This document shows, piece after piece, positions 28,500 through 37,702 of a stretch of 64,000 nt of DNA. This stretch comes from an uncultured Acidobacteriota bacterium (lineage in GTDB: Bacteria > Acidobacteriota > Vicinamibacteria > Vicinamibacterales > SCN-69-37): NCBI GenBank assembly GCA_963724645.1, contig CAVRVJ010000003.1, positions 279,569 through 343,568 on the forward strand, read 5' to 3'. The notes under the pieces are model-generated. The model ran no database searches and was not told the DNA's origin. It saw only the letters and a program-made list of their open reading frames with translations. The position numbers and the translations under genes are program-made. How positions within the stretch are numbered: position 1 is the first letter of the stretch; each line of letters starts with the position of its first letter.

Positions 28500-29535
28500 G
28501 ATCGACCGCTACCGTCCGGACGATCGCCGTCAGGTCGAGGCGCTATATCGCCGCGTCTTCGGTCACGACTCGGCCGACGCGAACCGGCTGCGGTGGGAAT
28601 GGCAGTATCGCCGAAACCCGAACGGCCAGCCGGGCGGTCCGCTCATCTGGATCGCGCGCGAGGGCCAGACCATCGTCGGACAGTACGCCGCGATGCCGGT
28701 GCGTGTGGCGGTCAAGGGCCGCGAGATCGACGGCGCCTGGGGCATGGACGTGATGGTGGCGCCCGAGCGCCAGCGGCAGGGCCTCGGCGAGGATCTGTTT
28801 CGCACGTGGGACCGCGCGGTTGGCGCGTCGCTCGGCCTTGGCCTGTCCGAGGCATCCGCCCGCCTCTTTCAAAAGATGCGCTGGCCGGATGTCGGGCCGG
28901 TGCCGTGCCTGGTCAAGCCGCTCAGCCGGCGCGCATTGCGGCGCCCGACGTGGCCCGTCAGCCTCAACCGCTTCGTCTCGGCAGTTACGCTGCCGTGGAT
29001 TCGGCTGATCGCCCGCGCGCGTCCGCTGCACGGAGAGGTGCGCGCGCTCCGCCAGTTCGACGAGAGCTTTACCCGACTCTGGGAACAGATCAGTCCGAAG
29101 TTCGATTTCGCGATCCGGCGCGATAGCGCGTATCTCAACTGGAAGTACGTCCAGGCCCCGCACGTCCGCTACTCGCGGGCCGCGCTGTGGCGCGACGGCG
29201 AACCGGCTGGCTACGTCGTCTATCGCCACGTGCAGGAGCCGCGCGGCAGGGTCACGCTGCTGGTCGATTTTCTTGCGGATCCGGACGATCAAGCCGGTCT
29301 GGTCACCCTGCTGCGGTGGATCGACCGCGAAGCGCGCGCCGCCGATTCGGACAAGATCCGGACGTTTGCGATGCACGAGGGATTCCGCCGGCTGCTGAGA
29401 AAGTCGGGGTACTACTCTGTCAAATCGACGATGGAATTCGTGGCGAAGATCAACGCCATCGACCTGCCGGCGAGCTTTTACAAGACGACCGACGCCTGGC
29501 ACGTCACGCTTGGCGACTCCGATCAGGACCGATGA
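28492..29535 (+). CDS. GNAT-family N-acyltransferase
   Basis: WEWQY..NP, DVMVAPERQRQGLG acetyl-CoA motif, RDSAYLNWKY. Confidence 0.85.
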   Translation: MAEIDRYRPDDRRQVEALYRRVFGHDSADANRLRWEWQYRRNPNGQPGGPLIWIAREGQTIVGQYAAMPVRVAVKGREIDGAWGMDVMVAPERQRQGLGEDLFRTWDRAVGASLGLGLSEASARLFQKMRWPDVGPVPCLVKPLSRRALRRPTWPVSLNRFVSAVTLPWIRLIARARPLHGEVRALRQFDESFTRLWEQISPKFDFAIRRDSAYLNWKYVQAPHVRYSRAALWRDGEPAGYVVYRHVQEPRGRVTLLVDFLADPDDQAGLVTLLRWIDREARAADSDKIRTFAMHEGFRRLLRKSGYYSVKSTMEFVAKINAIDLPASFYKTTDAWHVTLGDSDQDR

Positions 29536-30593
29536 CCGGCCTTCGCGAACCGCTCACGTCGCTCGCCGCTCCGGCCAGGCAAGCGGGCAAGGGGCCGACA
29601 TTGCTCGTCGGAATCGATACCGAGGGCGACAATCAATGGGACGTCCGGGCGCGGGCGAATCAGACGTTCGAGAACCTTTACGCCCTCCCGCGGCTCCATG
29701 AGTTCTTCGAGCGGCATGGCATCCGGCCGACGTATCTCATCACCTACCCAGTGGCGAGGGATCCAAGGTCTGCAGAAGTTCTACGGACCCTCCTGGCGCG
29801 GGGCAACACCGAAATTGGAGCGCACCATCACGCGTGGGAAACGCCGCCTTGCCGCGCGGAAGACGTCGCGCGGCACGCGTACGCCCTCTCCCTGCCGCTC
29901 GAACAATTCGACGCACAGCTCGAGGCATTGACGACGGCCGTTGAGGAGGGCGTGGGATGCCGGCCCCGTGCCTATCGGTCGGGCCGGTTTGGGTTCTCGG
30001 CCACTCACGTGTCGTCGCTCGAGCGGTGTGGCTACCTGGTCGAATCGAGCGTCGCTCCGCTGTTCTATGAAGCGCACAAGCGGGGTCCGGATTTTGTCGA
30101 CGCGCCGCTGGACCCGTACTTCCTGAGCTACGATTGCGCCACGCGCCAAGGCTCGAGCCACCTGCTGGAGCTGCCGATTTCGTCGGCGCTCAATCGTCCG
30201 GTGCCGGCCCTGGTGGCCCGCTGGTACGCCCGCGCGCCTCGTCCGTACCAAACGAAGCGCATCCTGCGTTTGCTCCGCATTGCGGATGTGCGCTGGCTGC
30301 GCCCATCGTACACCTCCGCCTCCGACATGATGGCGCTCGCACGCCAACTCGCAGGTCGCGGCCGCCTCATGCTCAACCTGCTGTTTCATTCGAGCGAGGC
30401 GATCGTCGGCGGCAGTCCTTACAATCGCACGGCCGGCGAACTCGATGGCTTCTTCGACCGGCTCGACACCTTCTTTCGCTATGCGACCAGCGAACTTGGC
30501 GCGACGCCTGCGACTTTCAGCGAGTTCAGGAGGAGCTTCGTCGAGTCTGACATTGCCTCATCGCCCCACGGCCCCACCGCCCCAATCAGGTGA
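29532..30593 (+). CDS. WalW-like polysaccharide deacetylase
   Basis: GIDTEGD, PTYL, EIGAHHHAWETPP, YRSGRFG, FHSSE. Confidence 0.82.
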   Translation: MTGLREPLTSLAAPARQAGKGPTLLVGIDTEGDNQWDVRARANQTFENLYALPRLHEFFERHGIRPTYLITYPVARDPRSAEVLRTLLARGNTEIGAHHHAWETPPCRAEDVARHAYALSLPLEQFDAQLEALTTAVEEGVGCRPRAYRSGRFGFSATHVSSLERCGYLVESSVAPLFYEAHKRGPDFVDAPLDPYFLSYDCATRQGSSHLLELPISSALNRPVPALVARWYARAPRPYQTKRILRLLRIADVRWLRPSYTSASDMMALARQLAGRGRLMLNLLFHSSEAIVGGSPYNRTAGELDGFFDRLDTFFRYATSELGATPATFSEFRRSFVESDIASSPHGPTAPIR

Positions 30594-31777
30594 TGCGAAT
30601 CTGCCACGTCTCCCCGCACCTGCCGCCCGATCAGGCGGCCAACGCACTGCTCCCGGCCGAGCTCGGGCGCCGGATGGCGGCGCGAGGCGATGAGGTGACG
30701 TTCGTCGCGCATGAGCCAGGACAGGGCGGATTGCCGGCACGGGTGCACGCGGATCCGGTGTCAGCCGGCGGCGACGCGCCGACCAGCTCCGCTGTCCGCT
30801 GGATCCCGCGTCGCCGATCGACCGGCGTGCTGCGATCGTCGAAGGTCGACGCGTGGCTGGTCGTGCGGCGCGTGAATGCTGCGTTGAAGGGCGTCGCGGA
30901 TCATGCCGATCTGTTGCACCTGCACAGCAACGGCCTGATCATCGAAGCCGCCGCCGCGTGGGCGCACCGGCGCCGGATTCCGTATGTGCTCACGCTCTAC
31001 GGCACCGAGATCTGGCACTACAAGCAGCAGCGCCGGGCCGATCGATTCACGGAGGCGTATCGCGGCGCAGCGCAGGTGACCTTCTATAGCCAGCGCCTGA
31101 TGGAGCGCGCCAGGAGCGAAGGGCTCACTCGCGACGGCCTGTCGGTGGTCTATCCGGCGGTGACCGAGGCGTTCGGACTCCGCGACGACGCGACGCGGCA
31201 GGCCTGGCGGCAGCTTCTGGGCATTGCCGAGCGGCTAGTGATTCTGAATGTGAAACGTCTGCACCAGCTCGCCGGCCAGCGCTTTCTTCTGTCGGCCTTT
31301 GCCCGTCTCTGCGAATTCCGGCGTGACATCCGGCTGGTGATTTGCGGCGAGGGCCCGCTCCACGACGACCTCGTCACTCAAGCGAAGACGCTTGGCGTGG
31401 CCGACCTGGTGACGATGACCGGCGTCGTGCCGAACGATACCGTGGCGCGGTATATGGCCGTCGCCGACGTTTTTGCCCTGCCCTCGCTGCTCGAGGCTCT
31501 GCCGACCGTCGCGGTGGAGGCGCTGGCCTGCGGGACGCCGGTCATCTCCGCCGACCATCCCGGCGGCCTCGAGCTGCACGGCATCTTCGGCGACGACGTC
31601 ACGATCGTGCCGAGGGAAGCGGTCGAGCCGCTGGCTCGGGCGCTGATCGAATTCTTCAACAGGCCGCGACGAGCGAACCCTGAGACGGCCGCGCGGATCG
31701 CGGCCCGTTTCAGGCCCCCTTCCGTGCTCCAGGCCTTCGATCGCGTGTACGACGAGGCGCGTCGGAAATCCCGGTGA
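30590..31777 (+). CDS. GT4 glycosyltransferase
   Basis: ICHVSPHLPP, VKRLH, PSLLEALPTVAVEALACGTPV. Confidence 0.88.
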   Translation: MMRICHVSPHLPPDQAANALLPAELGRRMAARGDEVTFVAHEPGQGGLPARVHADPVSAGGDAPTSSAVRWIPRRRSTGVLRSSKVDAWLVVRRVNAALKGVADHADLLHLHSNGLIIEAAAAWAHRRRIPYVLTLYGTEIWHYKQQRRADRFTEAYRGAAQVTFYSQRLMERARSEGLTRDGLSVVYPAVTEAFGLRDDATRQAWRQLLGIAERLVILNVKRLHQLAGQRFLLSAFARLCEFRRDIRLVICGEGPLHDDLVTQAKTLGVADLVTMTGVVPNDTVARYMAVADVFALPSLLEALPTVAVEALACGTPVISADHPGGLELHGIFGDDVTIVPREAVEPLARALIEFFNRPRRANPETAARIAARFRPPSVLQAFDRVYDEARRKSR

Positions 31778-32712
31778 AGATCCTCGTCACCGGGGCCAGC
31801 GGATTCCTCGGAGCCGAATGCGCCGGCCAACTGCGGTCGGCGGGCCACGAGATCGTGACTGTGGACAAGTGGGGCGCGGCCGACCGGACGATCGATCTTG
31901 CCGACGCGCCGGCCGTGCGTGAACTGCCCGATGTCGACGCCGTCGTTCACTCCGCCGCCGTGCAGTATGTCTCCAGCGACCTGCCGATCTTCCGGCGGCG
32001 GGCGTACTTCGAGCACAACAACGTCGCGGCGACCTGCCGCCTGGTCGAGCGCTACAACAACAGCGGCACCCATTTCATCAACATCGGCACGAGCATGATG
32101 TACGAGCAATCAGGGCGCGCGATCTACGACGTGCGCAGTCCGTGGCGGGCGCAGGGCGTCTACACGGCGTCGAAGATCGAGGCGCAGCGGCACGTGGACG
32201 GCATGACCAATCCGACGGCGTGCGTGATTCCCTGCATCATTGCCGGCGAGGGGCGGGGCGGGTTGTTTGCGTCGCTCGTGCAATCGATGCGCCGGTGGCA
32301 CACGGCGATCGTTCCGGGCCCCGGCACCCACAAGATCCATCTCGTGCACGTACGCGACGCGGCGGCGCTGATCGTCCAGGTCGTGGCGCGCCGTGCGACC
32401 GGACGATTCAACGCCGCGTCGCCGCAGCCTCTGTCGATCGTCGAGTGGATCGGCGAGATGGCGGACGAACTGGGACTGTCCCGCGTCCGGCGTCTGACGC
32501 TTCCACTGGGTCCGATTGAGATCGCGTCGGCGGCATCGCGCTACCGGTTGCTGGCCCGCGAACAGGTCTTGATGCTCCGCCTCGCGCACGTGCTGTCGAT
32601 CGAGGAAAGCCTCGCGCTGGACTGGACGCCGCAATATACCAATGCCCGGATCGTGCGCGAGACGGCGCGAGCGCTCACTGCACCCAGCCGATCCACTGCT
32701 GAGCGGCGCTGA
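31774..32712 (+). CDS. NAD-dependent epimerase/dehydratase
   Basis: KILVTGASGFLG, HSAA, YTASK, VHVRD. Confidence 0.87.
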   Translation: MKILVTGASGFLGAECAGQLRSAGHEIVTVDKWGAADRTIDLADAPAVRELPDVDAVVHSAAVQYVSSDLPIFRRRAYFEHNNVAATCRLVERYNNSGTHFINIGTSMMYEQSGRAIYDVRSPWRAQGVYTASKIEAQRHVDGMTNPTACVIPCIIAGEGRGGLFASLVQSMRRWHTAIVPGPGTHKIHLVHVRDAAALIVQVVARRATGRFNAASPQPLSIVEWIGEMADELGLSRVRRLTLPLGPIEIASAASRYRLLAREQVLMLRLAHVLSIEESLALDWTPQYTNARIVRETARALTAPSRSTAERR

Positions 32713-34648
32713 ACGCAGCAAGGCCGACGACGCCGGCCGCGGCCGCCCGTGTCGCCATGCCCGCGCACCAGGCCCACCGCGCACCTCGCGCCGCCAGCAC
32801 GATCGCCGCCGGTGACCCGGCGTAGGCGGCGCGCGCGATGAACTCCATCGCCTGGCGCTGATGTCCGACTCCGCCGGGCGCAACGATCCCGAAAACGAGA
32901 AACGTGCCGCAGCCTGCGGTCCAGCCCGCGATCGCCCAGGTCAGCCGGCCGGACGCGCGCTCCGCCCAGACCCGCCACAATCCGAGGACTCCGAGGATCA
33001 GGATCGGCGCGCCCAGCGCATCGCGGGCGAGGCCCATCGCACTCCCAATCCGTTCGGGCAGGCGCGTCGTGGGAATGGCACCTTCCGCCAGACGTTCATC
33101 CGCAGGGGCTTTCGATCCCTCAGGCGAGACTGCTCCGCTCGATGCGGCGGCGCCGACCTTCGCCCCTCGAACGGATTTGTACGCATCGATGAACTCCGGA
33201 CGCCCGTAATACAGCGCCGCGGACGCGATGGCGGCGATCGCGATCGCCAGGACGACGGACCGCGCCGGCGCCGCGAGGGCGCGGCCGCCCCGCCATCGAT
33301 AGACGACAGCCGTTGCCGTCATGGTCCCGACAAGAAGCGCACAGGTGCTGACGTGCGACAGAAACGCCAGCGCCGCCAAGGCCGAAAGACCGATCGTCTG
33401 AAGCCAATCGCGCGGTCCCAACGGCCAGGCAATCGCTGCCGCCATCGCCACGAGCGCGGCCGACTGACCGAAGCCGTTCGTGAGATTGGCGTTGCCGACA
33501 ATCCAATACGAGACCGGCAGGAGGTGAAGAAGCACGACCGCCGCAACTGCAACTTGTCGATCGCCCCATGTCCTGGCAATCGCCCAGTACAGACAAACGC
33601 CCGACAACGCCTCGGATGCGGACACGACGATTCTCAAGAGGGCGATGTGATCGCGGGTGAACGCCGCCCATGGCGACGCGAAGACGTACAGCGCGATCGC
33701 GTACGGAAACTGCACGCCGCCCGGCATGACCTGCGTGAAGAAGTAGCGGCCAGACAGCACGTACTCGAGGCGATGCGCGTGAAACAGCGCGTCAACGATC
33801 GCTTTCGAGGGGTGCAGCAGGGCCACCAGTTTCAGATAGAGGGCCGCCGCCGAAAACGCCACGGCGACCTGGGCCGCGGTCGTCAGCGGCTGCCGGCGGC
33901 TCCATTCCAGCATCTTGACGACAACGACCACCGGCGCCGCGATCCAGCACGCCATCCAGGCGACGCGGCCGGCGTAGTCGGTGTAGGGAGCCAGCCCGAT
34001 CGATAAAGGCCACGCCTGGGCCAGTGCCACCAACGCCGCGCCGCCCAGAACGATCACGGTTGACAAGCCGATCAGTCCAGACGCCGCGGCGAGTGCGGCC
34101 GCGGCACCACCAGCGCTCAGTAGAGCGGTTGAAGGTGGAAGCGCGAACTGTCCTGGATCCGGACGGCAGGACACGCGGTCGACCTGGACGCCTAGCGGGC
34201 GCGGGTCCGATGGTCCCGGCACGAACGTCGAGGAACTGACGATCGCCACTTTCAGACCTGGGAACGGCCGCGCGGGCGCCGTCGCCTCTATCTCCTGATA
34301 GTCGTTGCCCGCCGTCCGCGACGCGAGGGTCGTGCCATCGATCGCGAGCGTGACGACCGGCTGCGGGAGTCCAGGCGCACGGGCGCCGCGAAACCTCACC
34401 ACGCAAAGCCACGGCGTCCGTCGATCGACACCCGGCACGTTGATCTGCGCACGGTCGGACGTCCAGGCAAACGTCTGCTCCCTGGAGAATTCGACCGGAT
34501 AGAAACCGGAGGTGATGCGCGCCGGCAGATCCCGATCCATTTCGAAGGTCAACTCGGGATGGCGGCTGAAGGCGAACACAAGGAAAGCCGCGCCCGCCAG
34601 CCCGCCGATCAGCGCGGCCGCCGCCGCGCGCAGGATCGTGCGATTCAT
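32675..34648 (-). CDS. Membrane protein: N-terminal beta-sandwich domain plus GT-C-like TM region
   Basis: GFYPVE..FAWT..DPRPLGVQVDRV domain; DALFHAHR, FPY, GNANLTNGFGQ, LSH. Confidence 0.65.
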   Translation of the reverse strand: MNRTILRAAAAALIGGLAGAAFLVFAFSRHPELTFEMDRDLPARITSGFYPVEFSREQTFAWTSDRAQINVPGVDRRTPWLCVVRFRGARAPGLPQPVVTLAIDGTTLASRTAGNDYQEIEATAPARPFPGLKVAIVSSSTFVPGPSDPRPLGVQVDRVSCRPDPGQFALPPSTALLSAGGAAAALAAASGLIGLSTVIVLGGAALVALAQAWPLSIGLAPYTDYAGRVAWMACWIAAPVVVVVKMLEWSRRQPLTTAAQVAVAFSAAALYLKLVALLHPSKAIVDALFHAHRLEYVLSGRYFFTQVMPGGVQFPYAIALYVFASPWAAFTRDHIALLRIVVSASEALSGVCLYWAIARTWGDRQVAVAAVVLLHLLPVSYWIVGNANLTNGFGQSAALVAMAAAIAWPLGPRDWLQTIGLSALAALAFLSHVSTCALLVGTMTATAVVYRWRGGRALAAPARSVVLAIAIAAIASAALYYGRPEFIDAYKSVRGAKVGAAASSGAVSPEGSKAPADERLAEGAIPTTRLPERIGSAMGLARDALGAPILILGVLGLWRVWAERASGRLTWAIAGWTAGCGTFLVFGIVAPGGVGHQRQAMEFIARAAYAGSPAAIVLAARGARWAWCAGMATRAAAAGVVGLAAFSAAQQWIGWVQ

Positions 34649-34691
34649 GGACGCCGCATTCTCGCATGAAACATTCGGGTATCCTTGGCTC

Positions 34692-35144
34692 ATGCCGACC
34701 CTTGTGGAGCAAGTCACCAAGGACATCGCGGACGCCATGCGCCAGAAGAACCAGGCCACGCTGGCCCCGCTTCGCATGCTGAAAGCGGCGCTGATGAATC
34801 GTGAGGTTGAGAAACGCCGGCCGCTCGACGACGCCGAGTCGCTGCAGGTGGTTCATCAGCTCATGAAGCAGCGGCGCGACGCGATCGACCAGTTCCGCGC
34901 CGGCGGCCGTCAGGACCTGGCCGATCGCGAACAGGCCGAAGTGATATTCCTGGAACACTACCTGCCGCCCGCGGCCGATGAGGCGACCGTGCAGGCGGCG
35001 ATCGATGCGGCCATGACCGAGACGGGCGCCGCCGGTCCCAAGGACATGGGCAAGGTGATGAAGGCCGTCATGGCCAGGCTGGCCGGCGCCACCGTCGACG
35101 GGCGCCTGCTCAGCGACGCGGTCAAGAAGCGATTGTCAAAGTAA
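34692..35144 (+). CDS. yqeY: GatB/YqeY domain protein
   Basis: LRMLKAA, KQRRDAIDQF..GGRQDLA..E, YLP, KDMGKVM. Confidence 0.92.
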   Translation: MPTLVEQVTKDIADAMRQKNQATLAPLRMLKAALMNREVEKRRPLDDAESLQVVHQLMKQRRDAIDQFRAGGRQDLADREQAEVIFLEHYLPPAADEATVQAAIDAAMTETGAAGPKDMGKVMKAVMARLAGATVDGRLLSDAVKKRLSK

Positions 35145-35165
35145 GGCCGGCCCCGGCCTTCTTTC
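35143..35165 (+). terminator. Putative terminator after yqeY
   Basis: AAGGCCGG-CC-CCGGCCTT followed by CTTTC. Confidence 0.5.
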
Positions 35166-35170
35166 GCGCG

Positions 35171-35200
35171 GCAAACTTTTCAGGGCCGTCTTCCGTCTAA
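35171..35200 (+). promoter_or_regulatory. ECF sigma-type promoter
   Basis: GCAAAC-N17-CGTCTAA fits the AAC...CGTC ECF consensus. Confidence 0.65.
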
Positions 35201-35206
35201 CGTTTT

Positions 35207-35283
35207 TGAAAGGCGCGGAAGTGCCTCTCATCCATCCTCCTGGCAGGGGCCTCAGCCGCAGCGGTTGAGGCCCCTTCTTTTTT
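35207..35283 (+). ncRNA. Candidate small RNA (GNRA hairpin, anti-SD linker, intrinsic terminator)
   Basis: TGAAAGGCGC-GGAA-GTGCCTCTCA; TCCATCCTCCT; 14-bp GC stem plus TTCTTTTTT. Confidence 0.6.
35245..35283 (+). terminator. Rho-independent terminator
   Basis: AGGGGCCTCAGCCG-CAG-CGGTTGAGGCCCCT then a T-tract. Confidence 0.85.
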
Positions 35284-35303
35284 CCGGTACGCTGGCCGGG
35301 TCC

Positions 35304-36920
35304 TTGGCTTTGCCGGAACGCGCGTCATCCCAGAGTCTGGCCCGTTCGGCGGGACTGATCAGTCTCGCGACGTTCGCCAGCCGACTCCTCGGATTGGTAC
35401 GCGATCAGGTGCAGGCGGCCCTCTTCGGGACGACCCCCGCCGCCGATGCGTTTGCAATCGCGACGCGAATCCCGACACTTCTGCGCGATCTGTTCGCCGA
35501 AGGCGCGATGAGCGCGGCCTTCGTGCCCACATTCACCCGCTGCCTGACGCAGAATGGCCAGCCCGCGGCGTGGCGGCTGGGATCGCAGGTCGTCAACGCC
35601 CTGCTGCTCGTGACGGGCGCTATTGTGCTCCTGGGGATGATCTTCGCGAGCCCGCTCGCGACGTTCTACGCGGGTGACTTCTCGAAGATTCCCGGCAAGC
35701 TCGAGCTGACCATTCTGTTGACGCGCCTCAACATGCCCTTCCTGCTGCTCGTGGCCATCGCAGCGGCGTACATGGGGATGCTGAACGCGCTGCGACGGTT
35801 CTTTATTCCGGCGATGGCCCCGGCGATGTACAACGTCGTGTTCATCGTGTGTGCGATCGGGCTGTATCCGGTGTTCAAGCGCCTGGGACTCCACCCGGTG
35901 CTCTCGCTGACGGCAGGCATGCTGGCCGGCGGCCTCGCGCAAATCGTGACGCAGTGGCCGGCAGTGCACCGCGAAGGCTATCGCCATCAGTGGGTTCTCA
36001 ATTCGAGCGATCCGAATCTCCGGGAGGTGCTGGTCCTGATGGGGCCGGGTACGCTCGGCGGCGCCGCGGCGCAGATCAACGTTTTCGTCAACACGATGCT
36101 GGCCACGAGCGAGAACGGCGCCGCAGCCGCGCTGAATTTCGCGTTCCGGCTGATGTACCTGCCCGTTGGAATCTTCGCGGTCTCCGTGGCGACGGCGGCG
36201 ATTCCAGAGCTGGCCAGGCACGCCACACGACAAGCGCACGGCGATATGCGTTCGACCATCTCCTGGAGTCTGCGACTGATGCTCATGCTCAGTGTGCCGG
36301 CGACGGTCGGGCTCATGGTCCTGTCGAATCCGATTGTGGCGCTCATCTACGAGCGCGGCGAGTTTGACGCGAACTCTGAAGCCATGGTGGCGTCCGCTCT
36401 TGTCTTTTATGCCATCGGGATCGTGGGCTACTCCGTCGTCAAAATCGCGCTGCCAAGCTTCTATTCGCTGCAGGACGCCCGGACCCCGGTACTGGTGAGT
36501 CTGGTGACGATCACCGCCAACGTCGTCCTGAACGTCTCGTTCCATCGGGTGATGGGCTACCGCGGTCTCGCGCTCGGCACGGGAATCGCCGCGACGGTCA
36601 ACGCGGGCATTCTCCTGTTTCTGCTGTCACGGCGCCTCGGTGGTCTCGAGGGCAAGCGCGTGCTGAAGTCGCTGCTCAAGATCGCCCTCGCGTCGGCCAT
36701 CATGGGCGTCGTGGCCTATGCCAGCGAGGCGTGGTTGCACGATCGGTTTCCCGCGCGCGCGCTGTGGCCACATGCCATCCGCGTCTTCGGCGGCATCGGC
36801 GCCGGCGTCGCCACCCTCGCCCTCGCGGCGTGGGTCCTCCGGATCGAAGAATTCAGTCAGGCCGTGAAGCGCGTGCTCGCGCGGGTGCGGCCATCCAGGC
36901 CCTCCAGTTTCGAATTGTAA
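35304..36920 (+). CDS. murJ: Lipid II flippase MurJ (MviN)
   Basis: SRLLGLVRD, RIPTLLRDLFAEGAMSAAFVP, RLMYLPVG, ERGEF, DARTP; start TTG 35304 or 35310 after TTGAGG-N17-TACGCT. Confidence 0.93.
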   Translation: MALPERASSQSLARSAGLISLATFASRLLGLVRDQVQAALFGTTPAADAFAIATRIPTLLRDLFAEGAMSAAFVPTFTRCLTQNGQPAAWRLGSQVVNALLLVTGAIVLLGMIFASPLATFYAGDFSKIPGKLELTILLTRLNMPFLLLVAIAAAYMGMLNALRRFFIPAMAPAMYNVVFIVCAIGLYPVFKRLGLHPVLSLTAGMLAGGLAQIVTQWPAVHREGYRHQWVLNSSDPNLREVLVLMGPGTLGGAAAQINVFVNTMLATSENGAAAALNFAFRLMYLPVGIFAVSVATAAIPELARHATRQAHGDMRSTISWSLRLMLMLSVPATVGLMVLSNPIVALIYERGEFDANSEAMVASALVFYAIGIVGYSVVKIALPSFYSLQDARTPVLVSLVTITANVVLNVSFHRVMGYRGLALGTGIAATVNAGILLFLLSRRLGGLEGKRVLKSLLKIALASAIMGVVAYASEAWLHDRFPARALWPHAIRVFGGIGAGVATLALAAWVLRIEEFSQAVKRVLARVRPSRPSSFEL

Positions 36921-36958
36921 ATTGTGAGTTGTCGATTTCCTGGTGGTACCATCCGCCC

Positions 36959-37702
36959 GTGAGCCCTTCGCCTTCGCGCCTTAGCTATTCCTTCGGCCCC
37001 GGTCCGATGACGCCGGCCGTACGGGCGATTATCTACGCCAATATTGCCGTGTTTCTCGTCACGCTGTTCATGCCCGGCCTGATTGTCGACACGTTCGGGC
37101 TATCGCCGGCGTTGGTGGTTCGCGCGCTCCGGTTGTGGCAGCTCGTGACCTACCTGTTCGTGCATTCACCGACGCAGCTGTCCCACATTCTTTTCAACAT
37201 GCTGGCGGTGTGGATGTTCGGCGTCGACCTGGAGCGGCGCTGGGGCACGCGGGAGTTCGTGAAGTACTACTTCATCACCGGTGTCGGCGCGGGCGTCTCC
37301 ATGATCCTCGTCTCCCTGCTGCCCTTCGCGGCCACGCGCGCGACATTCGAGGCCGTGACGATCGGCGCGTCCGGGGCCGTGTACGGTCTCCTGATGGCGT
37401 GGGGCCTGATCTTTCCCCACCGGCAGATCCTGTTCATGCTGATCTTTCCGCTGCAGGCTCGCGTCTACGTCCTCATCATGGGCGCGATTGCGTTTCTTTC
37501 CGCAGTCGGCGCGAGCGGCGGTCCCGTCGCCAACGTCGCGCACCTCGGCGGCCTTGTCGTCGGCTTCATCTACCTCAAAGGCCCCGGCAATCTGCGGCTG
37601 GAATTGCGCTATCGCTTGACGAAGTGGCGCATGGAGCGGATGAGGCGCCGATTCAACATCCACAAGGGCGGCCGGGACGACTGGGAGAATCGCATTCATT
37701 GA
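36959..37702 (+). CDS. Rhomboid intramembrane serine protease
   Basis: WQLVTY, HILFNM, GASG (catalytic Ser), AHLGG (catalytic His). Confidence 0.93.
   Translation: MSPSPSRLSYSFGPGPMTPAVRAIIYANIAVFLVTLFMPGLIVDTFGLSPALVVRALRLWQLVTYLFVHSPTQLSHILFNMLAVWMFGVDLERRWGTREFVKYYFITGVGAGVSMILVSLLPFAATRATFEAVTIGASGAVYGLLMAWGLIFPHRQILFMLIFPLQARVYVLIMGAIAFLSAVGASGGPVANVAHLGGLVVGFIYLKGPGNLRLELRYRLTKWRMERMRRRFNIHKGGRDDWENRIH

Noticed and set aside
35221-35268. 15-codon GTG ORF as a possible leader peptide or attenuator for murJ
   Set aside because: No SD, start buried in a hairpin, no regulatory codon run; the sRNA reading fits better, though attenuation is not excluded
35265-35303. N-terminal extension of MurJ from TTG 35265 in the ORF track
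   Set aside because: Overlaps a terminator stem and T-tract and a likely promoter; the real start is more plausibly 35304 or 35310
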